From positions 38,874,001 to 38,938,000 of the forward strand of contig NC_045138.2 of the NCBI RefSeq assembly GCF_008831285.2: a DNA stretch of 64,000 nucleotides, in the 5' to 3' direction. Of the stretch, positions 12,930 to 27,690 are shown piece by piece; within the stretch, counting starts at the first letter, position 1; the number at the start of each line of letters is the position of its first letter. The notes beneath the pieces are model-generated. The model was not told the origin of the DNA and made no database searches. It was given only the letters and a program-made list of their open reading frames with translations. This DNA comes from Nymphaea colorata (taxonomy: Eukaryota). Position numbers and translations under genes: made by a program.

Positions 12930-15900
12930 CTAGGTTGTAGCATTTTCTTCATTACAACTACGAATTTCCAGGGATCGTTCTGCTAAAAAATATCCACTCT
13001 CTTCTTCCTCCTCAAGGTCAGATATGGAAGATACACTCCACGGCACTTTCGAATAGGCCTGGCTTTGGATGCCACTCTGTGGAGTAAGTATCCCACGTGT
13101 TTTGTTATGCAATTCAGCACTCGAAAGTTCGTGAGATGGAAGTGGGGACTGTACAGAAGTCTGGCCTTCAAGCATGCTCACAACAGTTGACATTGTTGGC
13201 CGAAGTGAAGGGGATGGATTGGTGCACAGTAGAGCCACATTAAGCATGGTCAAGGCTTGTTCCTTCGAGTAGTTAGAACCCAGATCTTGGTCTACCAGCA
13301 CCAATAACGTCCCTTTATCCTGAAGAAGACGTGCCTAAGAAGAAGAAAATGATTAAGAAGGGTGAGGACTGACATAAGTTCTGAAGCAAAGCAGGAGAGA
13401 CTTACCCAATCTAAAAGGTAAACATCCTCTTCCGAATGCTTATACTTTGTGTTGCTCTTCCCACTAGCTATTTCTAAAGCAACAACTCCAAAGCTATAGA
13501 CATCGGACTTGAAACTCAGGTGACCACGCATTGCATATTCAGGTGCCATGTAACCACTGCAAGCAAACAAGATTTATGGTTACGCGAAGTCATTGATATA
13601 TAATGCAAAATAGTAGTACAGGAATGCCCGGCTTAAACGTATATTTGAAAAGATGCATAAACGCTGGTTCATGCAGTTTACGGTGAGGTAGTTATGGATG
13701 AATCTAATGACAATTGCTCACACAGAATGTCAAAGAACTTCCTTCCTGTGAAATATAGGCAAACAAGAAGTTGATCCAAGAAATCCCATAAAAACACAAC
13801 CTGCCTTGGACACGAGTTATTATTTCTAAGTCACCTTGAAACAAAGTGCATCCCTGTTTACGTCAGTTAATGAAAAAAGTGTTGCACTTCAATTCATGCA
13901 CCAAACGAGCCAATGTATCGATACGATATATCCTGCTCTTTGCCGTACAAACTACAAAATGGAGCACGAATGCACCATAAAAAACAGAAGAACTCACAAG
14001 GTTCCAGCGATATGAGTGCTGATGTGGGTGTTCTCATTTTCATCAAGCTTGGCAAGCCCAAAGTCAGATATTTTGGCGTTCAGGTCTTTGTCAAGCAGAA
14101 CATTTGTACATTTGATATCTCTGTGAACAATTTTCAGAGCAGATTCTTCATGAAGGTAAGCCAGACCGCTGGCTATGCCAATGCAGATCTTATGGCGGGT
14201 GGACCAATCCAGCTTCAATTTATTTGCTTCTGGGCCTATAGAGATACACAGTAAGAGTATTTGACAGAATTAAATGCACCAAAGCGACACAGATTTGACA
14301 GATAAAGAAAATAAGGATGAATAATTCATCAGGCTTACCAAACAGAGCTTGGGCAAGAGAGTTATTTTCCATGTACTCATATACAAGTAACAGTTGTTTG
14401 CCCTCAGTGCAACAGCCATAGAGCCTCACAAGGTTCGGGTGCTGCAACGCAGAAATCATGCCTATCTCAGTGATAAATTCACGGCTTCCCTGCTTTGACT
14501 TGGAAGAAAGCTGTTTAACTGCAACAATGGTCCCATCTGATAAATAACCCTGTAGCCATGGCACAAAGTTTCCTTTTCTTAGTTAATTCCACAGTTAACA
14601 GACATAACTTGATGAGTAAGCTGATCCGACTGACTTGGGAAGGTGTTGCTAAATCTTGCCATCATGGAAAGCCAGGTGAAGTGAGAGATGTAGCACCTTG
14701 TCAATGATTGAAAATTGTCTCAAGAAGGATTAAAAATTTCCATTTTCATCAAAATGGGAACTAATTGGCCATTAGGATAATTCTATTATTCTAAATTTCA
14801 CTCATGTAGTAAAGTGATGTTTTGCATAGAGGCCCTTCATGGATGGTGTGGGTTCTATATATATGAAACACAAAAGAGTACGACTTCAAATATTTTAAAC
14901 TCCATGCAATTGATTACAAAATTGAAGAATATCTAGCTTCTATTGGAGCTGATCCTCCATTACAGGTTTTCTGTAGCAGGGGTGATCATGACAAGACTGG
15001 ATAATGAAGCTAGTATGAGTTTTTGGTTCAGTCCATGGTTGAAGGGTGGTTGGATCATCAACAGGGTGTTATAAGCATGTAATATAGACATCTCATTTCT
15101 TCCAGGTTTACCTTGTAAACAGGTCCAAAACCTCCCTCCCCAATCTTGTTACCAGCACTGAAGTTATTTGTGGCTCCTTTAATTTGCCTCAAAGTGAAGA
15201 CGGCAGTTTGGAGGTTAAGTCGCTGAAGTTCTACAATAGCAACATGGTTGAGAAGGAAAAAGGTCAGGCTAGAGTGAAGGCAAAGAATAATGCTGCATAG
15301 CAGAGTACGTCTATGAAGTTTAATTTGGCATTGCATGGGAATCCAAAAGCAATTCCTGAAGCAAACAAGTATTTATGGGCCAAGAGAAGTGAACTGGATG
15401 GGGCATGTTCGCCAAATGGCATACTCGTTTAGTCCTCATAAGTCATAACAACAAAACAACTATCAATGAAGATTTTTTTTTTTTTTATGAACATATCCCA
15501 GTCAGAAACAATACCTACAACAATTTCTTACCATTTAGAGCTTGATAATGGGATCCTGTGAACTATTAAGATTTATAAATTTTTGCAGATGACATCGACT
15601 TTACCAGTCCTTGATGACATCTAACATTTTATACAGATATTTGCATCATTCGTTGTGTGAACCACATGGCATATACAGAAAGTCACTACATTAAATGCTT
15701 TATTAGTGTGTGACGATTCTAGTAAATTCATTACAAAACTGACCCACTTCCAAAACCAACATATCTGCCTCATAAAATAAAGAAGCTTCGGTGTTGGGTT
15801 TTCATAGAATGACTGATAGTTAGCTATCACGGTTTTGCACTCAAAGTCTCAACCTCTTTCTCTATCATTCGATGATGTATCTAACTGCATGACTTATGAA

Positions 15901-15964
15901 AACGTAAATCAAAAGTTCTACCAGGGCCAATAAGCATATTAACAATAAAATTATGTTTATATAT

Positions 15965-16000
<36 letters not shown>

Positions 16001-19000
16001 AAGATATATGATTATATTTACATATTTTGAAACACCAAAGTGTGTTTGACTTCATAAAGAACTCAGTAATTCTGTTTGTTCAACAAATTGAACATGCAAT
16101 GTAGATAATGAATCCAAGCAGTTGCGATAAGAAACATTAGCTTCTGCTCTTCATCCTTTTTTGAACCAACTTATGATGATAGCACAAACTAATTCAACAA
16201 CAAAAAGACAAATAAGATGTGTGCAAACAAATAGGATCTAGATATTGAAAACAGCATTTAACTGTTCCAACTTACCTGCAATAATCAGCAATAAAGAAAA
16301 TTTAGTAGGTCTTATATGTGTGGATAGTGTAATGTGTTCGTAGTTCGTACCAAACATGATTAACATTGTTAAAACAAATGCATGCAAATAAATAGGGTCT
16401 AGTTAATTGTTGCAACTAGCACAAACAAAGAAACTAAAGTAGATGTTAATGCATGTAAAATTGCACGATGCCATTTACCCATTTCCACTGGTCTCCAGCA
16501 TAAGACATGGCTCTTCCAAATGATGCCAATAATCAAGAACATCAACAAAAGAAATGCCACACAAATCACAGTAAGAATGACGATCTTCTTGCTATGCCTT
16601 TCCCCAGGAGGCTGGAAATCTACAATGGAACAGGTCCAGAAAGCAACCATATCAATTAAGGAAGACCATACACAGAAACACACAAAATTTAGTACACACA
16701 CACACACACATAATTTAATAATGAATTGAAGGCTAGAAATAGATAGAAAGGACCTACCAGATTCAACAGAAATTGCTGAAATAAGAGGACCATATACTCC
16801 GGCCCTTGGAATTCTTTCAGTGCCTTTTCCAGCCCAAAAGAAATGAATCTCCAGTATGTTAGTTGTCACATTCACATGAAATGTCTGCACTGTGGTCTTC
16901 CCAAATCCATTGGCAAATTGTTTTATGTTGAACTCTGTCAGTTCTAGCTTCCCCTGCATTTAGATGACGTTATCTTGCATCATAGAATTTGTTTGAGAGC
17001 TCTTTGTCAAATTTGACTATTTACCTGGATGTACACATCAAATATACGATTCCCCAGGCTGCTACAGTTTTTATCATCAGTTATCTCTATTTCAGCAAAG
17101 TAGAGTTTCACTGTGTAAGGCCCATTCCAGAGACATAGTCCGTAGTATTTGAGAGAGAGTGGAGAAATGCGCGCTACCATGTACAATTCTGGGTTAGGCA
17201 TGGAGAGTATTGAGCTGTTGGACACTGTGTACACGTCAGTGTCATCATTATTGTCCATGATAGTCCCTGTGCTGCTTAATGCCCAGTTTCCTTGAGAACT
17301 AACAAAGAAGGTTGCACCACCATTTACTCCGTCATCCCCATCAAATGTTCTGCTCCCAATAGTAACTGATTTACTGCTCCCACAATTTATATGAAAAGAA
17401 AAGTCTGCAAAGACACAGTGGGGTTCAGCCCCCAAAGGAAAAGCCAACTGCCCTGGTTGGAGCCCAAAAAGAAGTACGATAAATAAAGAAGCTTACATTT
17501 TGGTTTTCTGTCATCACAGCTTTTCCTCAAGCAAGGGTGTATAACATTTCTGTATCAATACGTGATATTGAAAATGTAAAAAACAAATAACTATGCAACT
17601 TGTTATTTTATTTCCAACACGAACTGACATTCTAAAGTAAAAAGAAATTTGCACCAACAATTGCAAAAAAAAAAAAAAAGAATAAAATACGCTTACTGGT
17701 GTCCCGATGCTGTTGAAAAACCTTTAACTAAATTTCTGAAGATTGATAATTGAAAATGTCAGGCAGTAGATCATATGGATGGTAGTTAATCGACAAGATC
17801 ATAAAAGTGCAGGAGAAATGCTCTTACGCTTTTCCTTGTGTACAACTAACTGATGCACCAGAAGCCATGCCTGTGAAGTTATTGTATGACAAGTCCCTTC
17901 ACAATAATGACAATATCAATGTGAAGATGATGCCAAAGACAAATGAAGACAGGGAAATATGTAAATATAACCCATTTAAAGGCCTTAATCTTAAGGAACT
18001 TTAGTCCAGAAGCAAGACAAAGAGATGGCACTATCACCTAATGTAGGTTAATAAACAAGTAGATAAAACAGTAGCACGATTCTCAATTCCTAAATGGTTC
18101 CTATCGTAAGATAAAGCAAAATTACGCCATCCCTAGTATTTATTCAAGCTGAAACTGAAGAAGTAAATTGGTGATTTACCAAAATTATTAAATTGATGCA
18201 ATAACATGTTGCATGTTGGTTGACCAGCCTAAGCAAAAATGGTCATTGTATCAATGAGTGTCAAATTCCTGGACAACTGAACCTGTAGACTATAACTTGA
18301 TTTCCGGAATAACATCCTTTTCTTAATTTCTGATTATAGGAGAAACCAGGTCACTAACAACATTGAAAAAAAATTGGGAAAAAAAAAAGCAATTAGGAAC
18401 TTCTAAAAGAAACAGATGACAGTATGCAACACTTTTTATAGCTTAAAGGTAAATGAGTATGTCATACACTTCCATGCTGGTTCCCAGTATCCAATCAGAT
18501 AGAAGGCCAGTTAGACTGTTGTTCGTGAAATACCTACAAGGAAAAAAGTAATTTCATACAACCATTTTAACCCTGCAAAATTTCCATCTTCTTGTTTCAC
18601 TTGATTTTGGTGTTATTGTGACGATATTCTGAAAATGTCTATGATATTTATGACTATGCATGAGAGGGAAACACTTACATGAACTGTAACCGCTTGAGAA
18701 ACTTAAGAGAGTCTGGCAGCCCACCTGTCAAGTTGTTGAAGCTTAGGTCTCTGCAAGGAAAGGGATACTCCACTTACAACTTTTGAGTTGATCCTGCTTT
18801 CTTTACATAGCAGTTATTAACTTACAGTAATCGCAAGCTTGTTAATTGACCAATATAATCAGGAATTTGACCGGATAGCATGCAATTCCTCAGAATCCTG
18901 TCACAGAATCGTAATCCATCAGTTTAAGCCATAGAATAGTAAATATTGAATAGAAAGGACTGTGATATAAAAATATTGTTGTAAGACACTCACAATTGTG

Positions 19001-22000
19001 TTAAGTTCTTCATCCGGATTAGATTGGGGAATTCTGCATTTGTTCCAGCTATGTCACTAATCCTCCTATAGCTCATGGAATATCAAGATCATAAATTATG
19101 GGACAAAATCGGATGGATAACTAGTAATGAACAGCAAATAAAACATACAACTGTGATAGATGCTCTAGTTCGCTGATGCCAGATGGGATAGGCCCTGCAA
19201 GTGGAGTGCCTTGGATCTGTCTGGAACAAAGACATAATCAATTGAGTTTAGCATATAGGAAGTTCTCTTGATCATTCCAAAGAGGATTTGATAGGACTTA
19301 CAGTCGTTGTAGTCGTGTCCACTTGACAATAAAATCAGGCAATTTTCCAGAAAATAGATTATCACTTATTCTACTGCAGAGAAAAAAAAATTCAGCAATT
19401 ATAGCCAAGTATAAATTCAACATTTGTCATACTGGAATTGACAAGATAGTCTGAATCAAAACTTGGCTGTAAAAGTCCTGTATTAGTTGAAAGTTGAAAC
19501 ACTTTGATTTTTTGAACTTATGTCTCAGAGTTGCATGTTGGGCAATAGATTGTGCATCAACATCTATTTACACCTAAATTTACAGGATTCTTCCTTCAAA
19601 AATTCAGGGCATGTCTGGAACTTCCAGATGGGATCCACAGATAGGTCAGTTTCATGATCAATCCCAGTTAACCTGAGTTTCCTATTAATCAAGTGGAGCA
19701 TGTACAAGTTAGGCTAGAATGGGCAGAACACGGTTTGACCCCCTTCAAGCCATATCCATGTTTAAGGTTATAGATCACTAGTACCGTTTTTTCCTGGCTA
19801 GCAGGGGTTTAGGCAGACCAATAGAGTTTATGCCAAGCGATGCACCCAGCAATCAAGCTCCTGACCTCCTTCAGTTTGAAGTTCCCATCTTGCCAGGTGA
19901 AGCAGATTTTATTTTGGATACTGAAGCACATTGTTAATGGTAGGCAAGAAACTCAATTAATATGTTGCAGGATGGAAATGTTTATATTTTCTTGCAAGGA
20001 TCATGAAAATGCAAGCCAAGTCCATACATAATCACATATTTTCTCACATTCTCATGTTTTCACACATTCATGTCTGTAAGCAGCTGTGCTTCAAGTCATG
20101 AGCATGGATATGTGTTAACCTCTTAACAATCCACACTTGCCTACTTCTAGTAATTTGAACACTAAAAAAGTTGCCTACCATAAACTACACAAGGTACATG
20201 CAAAGACAGTTCTTGCAGCGAATCCATCCTTCTAAAGATTTTAGTTTATATAAAATCATAAGGGTGTACTTTTTTCTCATGAGCATTCATTAGAAAAAGC
20301 AAATAGGAATAATTTTGAGGAAGCTCTGTACAAAATGAAAGCACATCAGTCCAATTTGGCGCATGCAATTCTTAGACTTGTTAGAATTCTGATTACCACT
20401 GCAGAAGGTAATAGCAAGTATTTTCTTGCTACCTTTAATTTTCAGAAAATAGGGAAGACAACCTTATCACATTTTTCATACTTCATCTGGACAGTGGAAG
20501 CGGCATCTGCAGCATGAGAAATCTCAATTTTGATACCTCCAGATGCAATTTGGAACAAATTGTTTGCTGGCAAATTCCTTTAGTCTAGTAAGATTTTATC
20601 AAGTTTGTGTTTTCAATGCTTGCAATGGGAAAGGTTAAAAAAGAAAAAGAACGGAAGGCCGACATGTCATTCATCTAAAATCAACTGTGAAGTCAAGAGA
20701 GGGGGAATTATCTTACAAATCAATTATATTCGTTAATCTCCCCAAAGCATGCGGTAGTTCTCCTGTAAATTTGTTTGAAGAGAGGGCTCTGCAATCAAAT
20801 AATGATGGCACATTAAAAGAGAAAAAATTACGAAATAGAATACATGTAACTATGTAAGTGACCTTACATCTCCCTGAGATTGGTCAAATTTCCAATATGT
20901 GGGGGTATTTCTCCAGAGAAATTGTTTCCTTCAAGTGATCTACAATTTATTTAGACAAGGTCAACTCAAATGAACTTCAATTTTATTTCAAGCTCCATTC
21001 ATAATAATCTTGTAAAATTCGAACTTACAGGTTCTCAAGGGTGATAACGTCTCCAAGTTCCTTTGGAATAGGACCTGATAAGCGGTTTCCGAAGAGAGAC
21101 CTAGAAAGATTAAAATACTATTCATGGTGATTATGGCAGCAAAAAGATAAAAGAGGCGAAATTCTTTTGTCCAAGGATTCCAAGACATCCATGCTACATG
21201 ACAAGTGGATTGCACTGTGAAACACCTTCATGTTCTATTCAACATGCGGCCAATGAAAGAGAGACACTAGAGGATGTCAAAAAGATCCTAAAACTTTCAG
21301 AAGCAGAAACAAGGGGTAGTCATCTTTACCTTTGTAAGTTTTTCAAAAATGACAAAGAACTTCAAAGATCCTTAAACACAAGAATGCTCTTGAGTTTCAT
21401 CTTCATTTTAACTTCTTTTTTTTTTTATGAAAACTAGATGATTCAGTGACCATTTGAATATCCACTTGTTACTCATTTAGCTTATCTGACAATACAGTGG
21501 CTAAAAATGAACAAAGACGTGATTGAAGAAATAGATGTACATTTCCATATTTCTATCTGTTTCTGGTAAGCTACTGCATTCTCCTTCTAAAGCAATTTAA
21601 GTTTACAATGGACTTAGATATAGAAAGAGGATTCTGTTGTTGTGTACGGGCTGTCAAAGCATGCAGCACTTTCCCAGGTGCTAGTTGTGTTCTGAAACTG
21701 GTGTCCGTGGGACTTCACCAACCACAATAGCTCCTTTTGAATACTCATTTCTTTCTCACTCATCTTCACCCTTTTGCTGTCTAATTTGTAATGACAAAGC
21801 TAACTTCCAAAACTAATTTTTCTCTTTCCATCAATGTCGTCATTGTTTGTATAAAGCCCAGTAAAAGCAAGATAGAAGTCCGAGCAGGAAAGAAATAGCG
21901 CAACGAAGTGGCTTACACACGGACAATTTGGAGGGCCCCCCATTCTTTTGGTATTGTTCCATTCAGGTAATTGCAAGAGACGTCACTGGTAGCAACAAGA

Positions 22001-23463
22001 AGAAAGAAATTCAGTATATGAGCAAATATCGCCTATTACTTGGCAAACCTCATTCAAGAAAGAAATAATGGTATTTGATGAAGGAAGAGGAATCCTTTAC
22101 AATTGACGAAGGAATGGCAGCCTCGTCAGTTCCTTCGGTAGTGTTCCTTGGAGGCCTTGTCTCTTGAGCACTCTGCAGTTAACGCTAAATGGTTATATCA
22201 TGTCTGACCACCAAGAACTGCCATATAAAGTCTGGTGCTTCTAAATCGCGCTCGTCATACTAATATATAGCATGTACATGCTATATAAATAGATAGGCTC
22301 CCAAACACTAAGAAGTCGCATTGCTTTTTTTATTAACCCAAGCGTACAATGCGTTGATCATCACATATTCAATTAAAATCATACATTGAGTTAAATCAAT
22401 TCAACATGAAATCCCCATTTAGTTTCATCTCTTTTTCTAGTGCAAACATGAACTGTTGATTTTGACAACTAAGGAGACAATATTTCAGTATGAAAACGCT
22501 AAACCAATGCATGTTCTTTTTCCAAGTCTACAAAAATACATACATAATTAGGATTGAGCAAAAACCCAAAAGCTTTGTTACTCTAACAGAAAGGCTGTGA
22601 AGGAAACAAGCTGGTGATACTGCATCTCGATATTATACCATGTAATTAGACATTCCAGTGGCTTGAATAGCCAATGTCCAATCATTCAGTAAATCTTTGC
22701 ATTTCAAAATTTGTTTTACTTGACTTGACATAGACAAAAAGCATGACCTAAGGTGAAAAAGTGACAATACGAACCATGATTTTGAGTCCAAGTCTCCTGC
22801 ACTCATAATACCAAATTAGGTTGAACTGCTACGTGCTCATAACCAAAACATTATCCCGATAAACAAAAAAATTACACCTTAATATCGTTGCTGTACCAAG
22901 TAAAAAGCCAAATAGTTCCAACTGCTTTCTTTATCAAACTAGCCATACAAAAATGATCTTCATCATCAAGAACCTGGGAATCTGCTAAGCGAACAACCTT
23001 TTCTTATGTAGAAAATTATAAGAATCCTGTTCTCTAAATTTGTGTGGCTTATAAATTTGTAGTTGGGCACATCCATATGAATAGTTTAAAAAAAAAAGGA
23101 AGAACAGTTGTGCCAAAAGACTTGCATTGCAGGCACAGGTTTCCATTCAATAGCATGGTAACAACATTATCAGTCTATGTGATCCCAAATGCTTGCATGG
23201 TAGAAAAAGAGAGAGAGAGAGAGAGGGAGACACTCTTAGGGTTCTAAATTATATCTAGCAGTGGTATAGACTATAGTATTGTGTTTCTTTTTAGCCTTTT
23301 TTTATAGTTTCTTTTTTTTTTTCGTGTTAAATTGTTAATCAAGTATTGTCTGGGAAACTCGTGAATATAAAGGTCACTTCAGGACAGCCTAAAATCTACT
23401 TTAGCAAGTGAAAGCAGTGTATACAACGAAAGGTTCAGAATTTATAAACTACGTCAACCATGA

Positions 23464-23500
<37 letters not shown>

Positions 23501-24847
23501 CATGCTATTAATATGGCAGTAACCTGTAACGTTTTCAGGGCAAGTACATGTAACATCATTCTCAAATCCTTTCTGTAGATTGGGGGTAGCCCACCCCGAT
23601 TCTCCACTGCAGGGATCCACTTCAAAGTTCCAATCTGTCTTGCCCAGGGTCTTTGCTATTTGCCGAAGTGCACTCACTGTGACAATAATCATTATAAAAT
23701 CCCGTGAGCACTTCATTGAAATCAAGTAGCATGGCAAATACAAATTAGAGATGCCCTGATTCATGCCAAACTTAAGACCATTTGAGCCGCTATTTGCGTT
23801 TTGAAATTTCGTTGGCAAGAAAAATCTCACCGTTCCTTAATTTATGTTTCTTCTCGTATAAAAAGTCAGATGATTCCAAAAGAACAGCAAAATATACAAA
23901 TTTGTAGAAAAAATACAAGGAAAAACAAACATCTAAAAATTGTCGGTATCAGTGAAGACTGTCTCAAAGTTCCAAGATTCTCAAGATTTCATCAATTTTA
24001 TTGGTCGCAAGCTTGAGTCGCTCTTAATGTATACGCCGTAAACCAGAGTTTTGCATTTGAGAAGTAATAGGACAGCAGCGACTTGCCATCGGCATTTCGC
24101 AAAGATTCCCGGTGGCCACGATCGCCACCAACGAAGCAATCTTGAAATGGCGACATCCTATCATTTCAGGACGGCCATTTGTCCGATCAGCTTGTTCCCC
24201 AAGAAGCCGGAATTTCCGGAGCAAAGCAACAAAAAAGACATAAATACATTAAACAGAGCAAAGTGGACGGAACCAGAGTTTCCGGAATGTCGCGATCGTT
24301 CTTTGAACCTTCAAGAAATTAACATAGTCAACATGCATGGAGTCCAAAGTCTAGACTCGGAGAAACTCTGTGCCGTTTCTCTTGTTTCTTTTTTTTTTTT
24401 TTTGGGTAGGAACGGGCAATCCCAATACAAAGTAAGAACCACGTCAACTATCGACACTCCCCTTCTCGAGGAGAGTAGTCACGGTCGTTGATATGATCTG
24501 TTTCTACGAGGTTGATAGACGGAACTCGCGCTTTCCCGGATAAACAAAGACAAGAAACAAAACTAGAAAGGTCAAATTGTCCGTGAAAGGACCATAAGAA
24601 TCCATGAAAGAAAGAAAGGACGGTATAAAAGAAAAAATCCGATTCTTCTGGATTGTCCGCGATTACCTTCATCAGGAGCCAAACGTGTGGGGGTCTGCGC
24701 GGAAGATGGACTAGCGACTAGAACCAACGCCATGCAGACCACGAAGCCGAAAAGGAGAAGGGATCGACTTCGGATTCGGTGATCACCTCCAGCACCATCA
24801 CTTGTAGTCGACCATATCCGCTTCTCCATCACCAGCATCAATATCAT
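12930..24847 (-). CDS. LRR-malectin receptor-like Ser/Thr kinase (LRR-VIII-2 type), paralogue B; complete, about 1040-1046 aa
   Basis: 24 exons in frame: 24847(or 24838/24829)-24667, 23676-23502, 22172-22101, 21985-21917, 21100-21029, 20939-20868, 20788-20717, 19373-19302, 19220-19149, 19065-18994, 18897-18826, 18750-18679, 18533-18468, 17896-17828, 17735-17697, 17549-17497, 17404-17025, 16953-16758, 16619-16479 (TM), 15230-15112 ([13 protein letters not shown]...[12 protein letters not shown]), 14549-14339 ([12 protein letters not shown]), 14235-13998 ([15 protein letters not shown]), 13556-13406 ([11 protein letters not shown]), 13334-12930 (stop). The start ATG is ambiguous among three in-frame ATGs. 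Confidence 0.95.
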
Positions 24848-27265
24848 AATCGCCAACCCCTGCGTCCTTCGCTGCTCTCTCTCTCTCTCTCTGGTAATGG
24901 CGCCCTGAATCCAGATTTAATGATCATGGTTTGAATTTAAGGAGGAGGGAGTGAGGAACAAAACATGATATCGTTTTCTCAAAGAAAAAAGAATAATCTG
25001 GTGGGTGCGATTTCTGATCAACCAAGAAAACGATTCATGCTTCGCCGGGGTCGACTGTCCCGCTCAACTCGTAGTGAGGCCCGTAATTCCCGTTAGCGAG
25101 ACCCCACTTCATTTATCATTTATTTTTACAAATATTGACATATGCGAAACCTGTAAAAGCGGATATTAGCGTTATTAACTGGTAAATTAATAAAGCAATA
25201 ATAATTACTTATTTAACAAAACAATAATTTATTTTCGCTACAAAGCAATGCAAGTAAACGGATCCCATGCAAAAATGAAAATTGGTATTTTAGAAGACTA
25301 GTTATATCATTTTATTTTTAAAGAAAGGCTATTTTTATGCGAACTCTAGCTCAATTAGCGTTGGCCTTATTTGAAAAAAAGCATTTCATGTATGACTATG
25401 GTTTTGGTATCTACATGTCACGTGTTTCATACATATATTAAGCTTATTGTCGTGGTGAAAAGTAAAGAAAATTTCTCACATGGGGACAAATTTCAATCAA
25501 CTAAATAAACAACAGCGAGTGATGCACATGCATTTGCCTAACAAATGCTGCCGGTTACTTTTTCAAAGTCAAGATATTGATTGCTGTTCGCGTTAAGAAT
25601 GTTATATCCCTATTAATTACAAATCAATTGTTTAAGAACACACACTAAATCCAAGTCCTCCGATAATTGCACTAACGTTGCATTTGACAGCCAGATTGGA
25701 GGCTGATTTAAGAGATGCGAGGATCTTTAAAGAAAACCTCGTTTGACATGCATCTAAGAGGGAGCAGAGGAGATCAAGACGAAGGGGCGGCGAAGGAGAT
25801 GAGCCCGGGAAGAAGGTGGTGGCGGTGGAAGCACCGTCCGGAGCCGTCGATGACCGGCGGTGACCAAATTCAGCCAGGTCTCTCTCTCTCTCTCTCTCTG
25901 TCGGTGGAAGCACCGTCCATGACGAGCGATGACCACAATGTGACGACACTTTTTTGCTGAAACATGTTTTGTCTATCGGCTGCCATTTGATTAGCTTGGC
26001 CTTTCGTTATCTCCTTTTCCACTGTGGCCCTGGCAAATGTCAAGCAACAGATGCTCGCTCGCCTACAAGGTTGGCAGGCTAAGGTCCTTTTTTTTTTCTG
26101 CCAGTAGAAGCACTCTACTTCGTCTTTGTCTTGCTTTCATTCGGGTCCATGCCTTGGTCTTTACAAGCCACCCGCTGCCATTTTCATCAGCCATGTTTGT
26201 CTTCTGCGTCATTTTCTTTGAAGAGGTGGCATTTCTTTGTTTTGGTTATGACATCTTACATATGGAAAAGCATTTTTTTCTGCATTGGCCATGGTTTTCA
26301 CCAAGCTCATTCTTGCTAGATCATGTACAACATCTTGGGATCTATCTAGCTAACCAGTATCTTATTTACTTTTTTATCTTTTCGCCTGGCCTTCTTTCCC
26401 TCATACTCACCCCTCTCCCTGATATACATTCTTCTCTTTTCACCTTCACCTGTAGTCTTCTTGGCTCATTTGCTGTTGGTGGCGAGTTTGAGAAGAGCAC
26501 AACATTCGCATGTTCAGGGACATAACAAAGTGTCGCTTCTATGCGATGTGATCATGAAGGCAGATGTTCACCTTACCCTTCGCATTTGATGCATAAAAAC
26601 CCTCCGCATGTTGAGGGTTTTCTCTTCTGATGATAAGGAAAGGGTTGTGAACTTTGGAACTCTAATCCGTGGATTTCACCCTTTTTGAGGATTAGAAATC
26701 TTTGGTGGTCCATAGATTGACAGTTTGCTAAACTTCAAACTTCATGAGGGGGAGATCCGAGACAATCAAACACACCCCAAAAGATTCATAAAATACCAAT
26801 ACCATGTACAACGTTAATTTTGTATAATATAAATAAAATTAGTACTTTCAACTTTTAAAAAGATAGCTTCATATATGTTTGAAATCGACGGAAATGGCTC
26901 ATAATTTGTGTGCATATAGTTTATATATTCGACATCTTCTCTTTCCTTGATAGTGATACAAAACTTAAATTCCCCGGTACCATTTTCCATGAAACTGTTC
27001 GTTCTCCATGATTTTTACCTTGGTTCTTGTGCTGAATATTTATTTTCCAAGAACCATTGATGTGGGACAGCTCTTGGCATCTTGCGTTCGGTCGCATTAC
27101 ATTATGCAGAAATCGACAGCTTGATCGTTCTTTATATGATGGGAACGCTCTTGGACACTTGGGAGACAAGCTTCAGACAGGGTTGTGAACTTGTATGATA
27201 TACATCCCTAGTTTATTGGGTTCGAGTTTTTAACTGCGGTAATTTTATTAATCCCAACCTGTTCT

Positions 27266-27690
27266 AGGTCTGCACATGAGCCGAGTCGAGCTATAACTCA
27301 AGTTTGACTTGATTTATATATTACTCGGCTCAACCTTAGCTCGAGCTTTACAAGGTCAGCTGTAGCTCAACTTGATAGACTATGACACGGCTCGAGCTTG
27401 ACTCGTCTAAGTAAAGTTCAAACAAGTGAATGAAAGGAGAAAACAAAGACCTAAGTTGTGCAAGTGATTTGGATGGTTTCATAAGAAGTGGTTTTTTAAG
27501 ATTTGTATCCTGAACACTGACATTACACTAGCTTAGTTGAATTTAATTGAGTCGAGCTCGTGTAACTCAAACTTGATTCATTTACGGATTTGAGTTCTAA
27601 TTTAAATTCAAGAATCGAGCTTGGGTGGTTCATGGAGCTCAACTAAACTAAGTGATTGGAGTTGAGAGTTGTCTCAACTTATTGAATACC
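27266..27690. repeat. MITE-like repeat built of GAGCTCG/CTCGAGCTT units
   Basis: Many dispersed GAGCCGAGTCGAGCT / GCTCGAGCTTGACTCG / AACTTGA motifs in both orientations within about 420 bp between RLK-C and RLK-B. Confidence 0.55.

Noticed and set aside
26037..26525. 162-aa Phe-rich ORF
   Set aside because: T-rich low-complexity intergenic or repeat sequence with no recognisable domain or splice structure.
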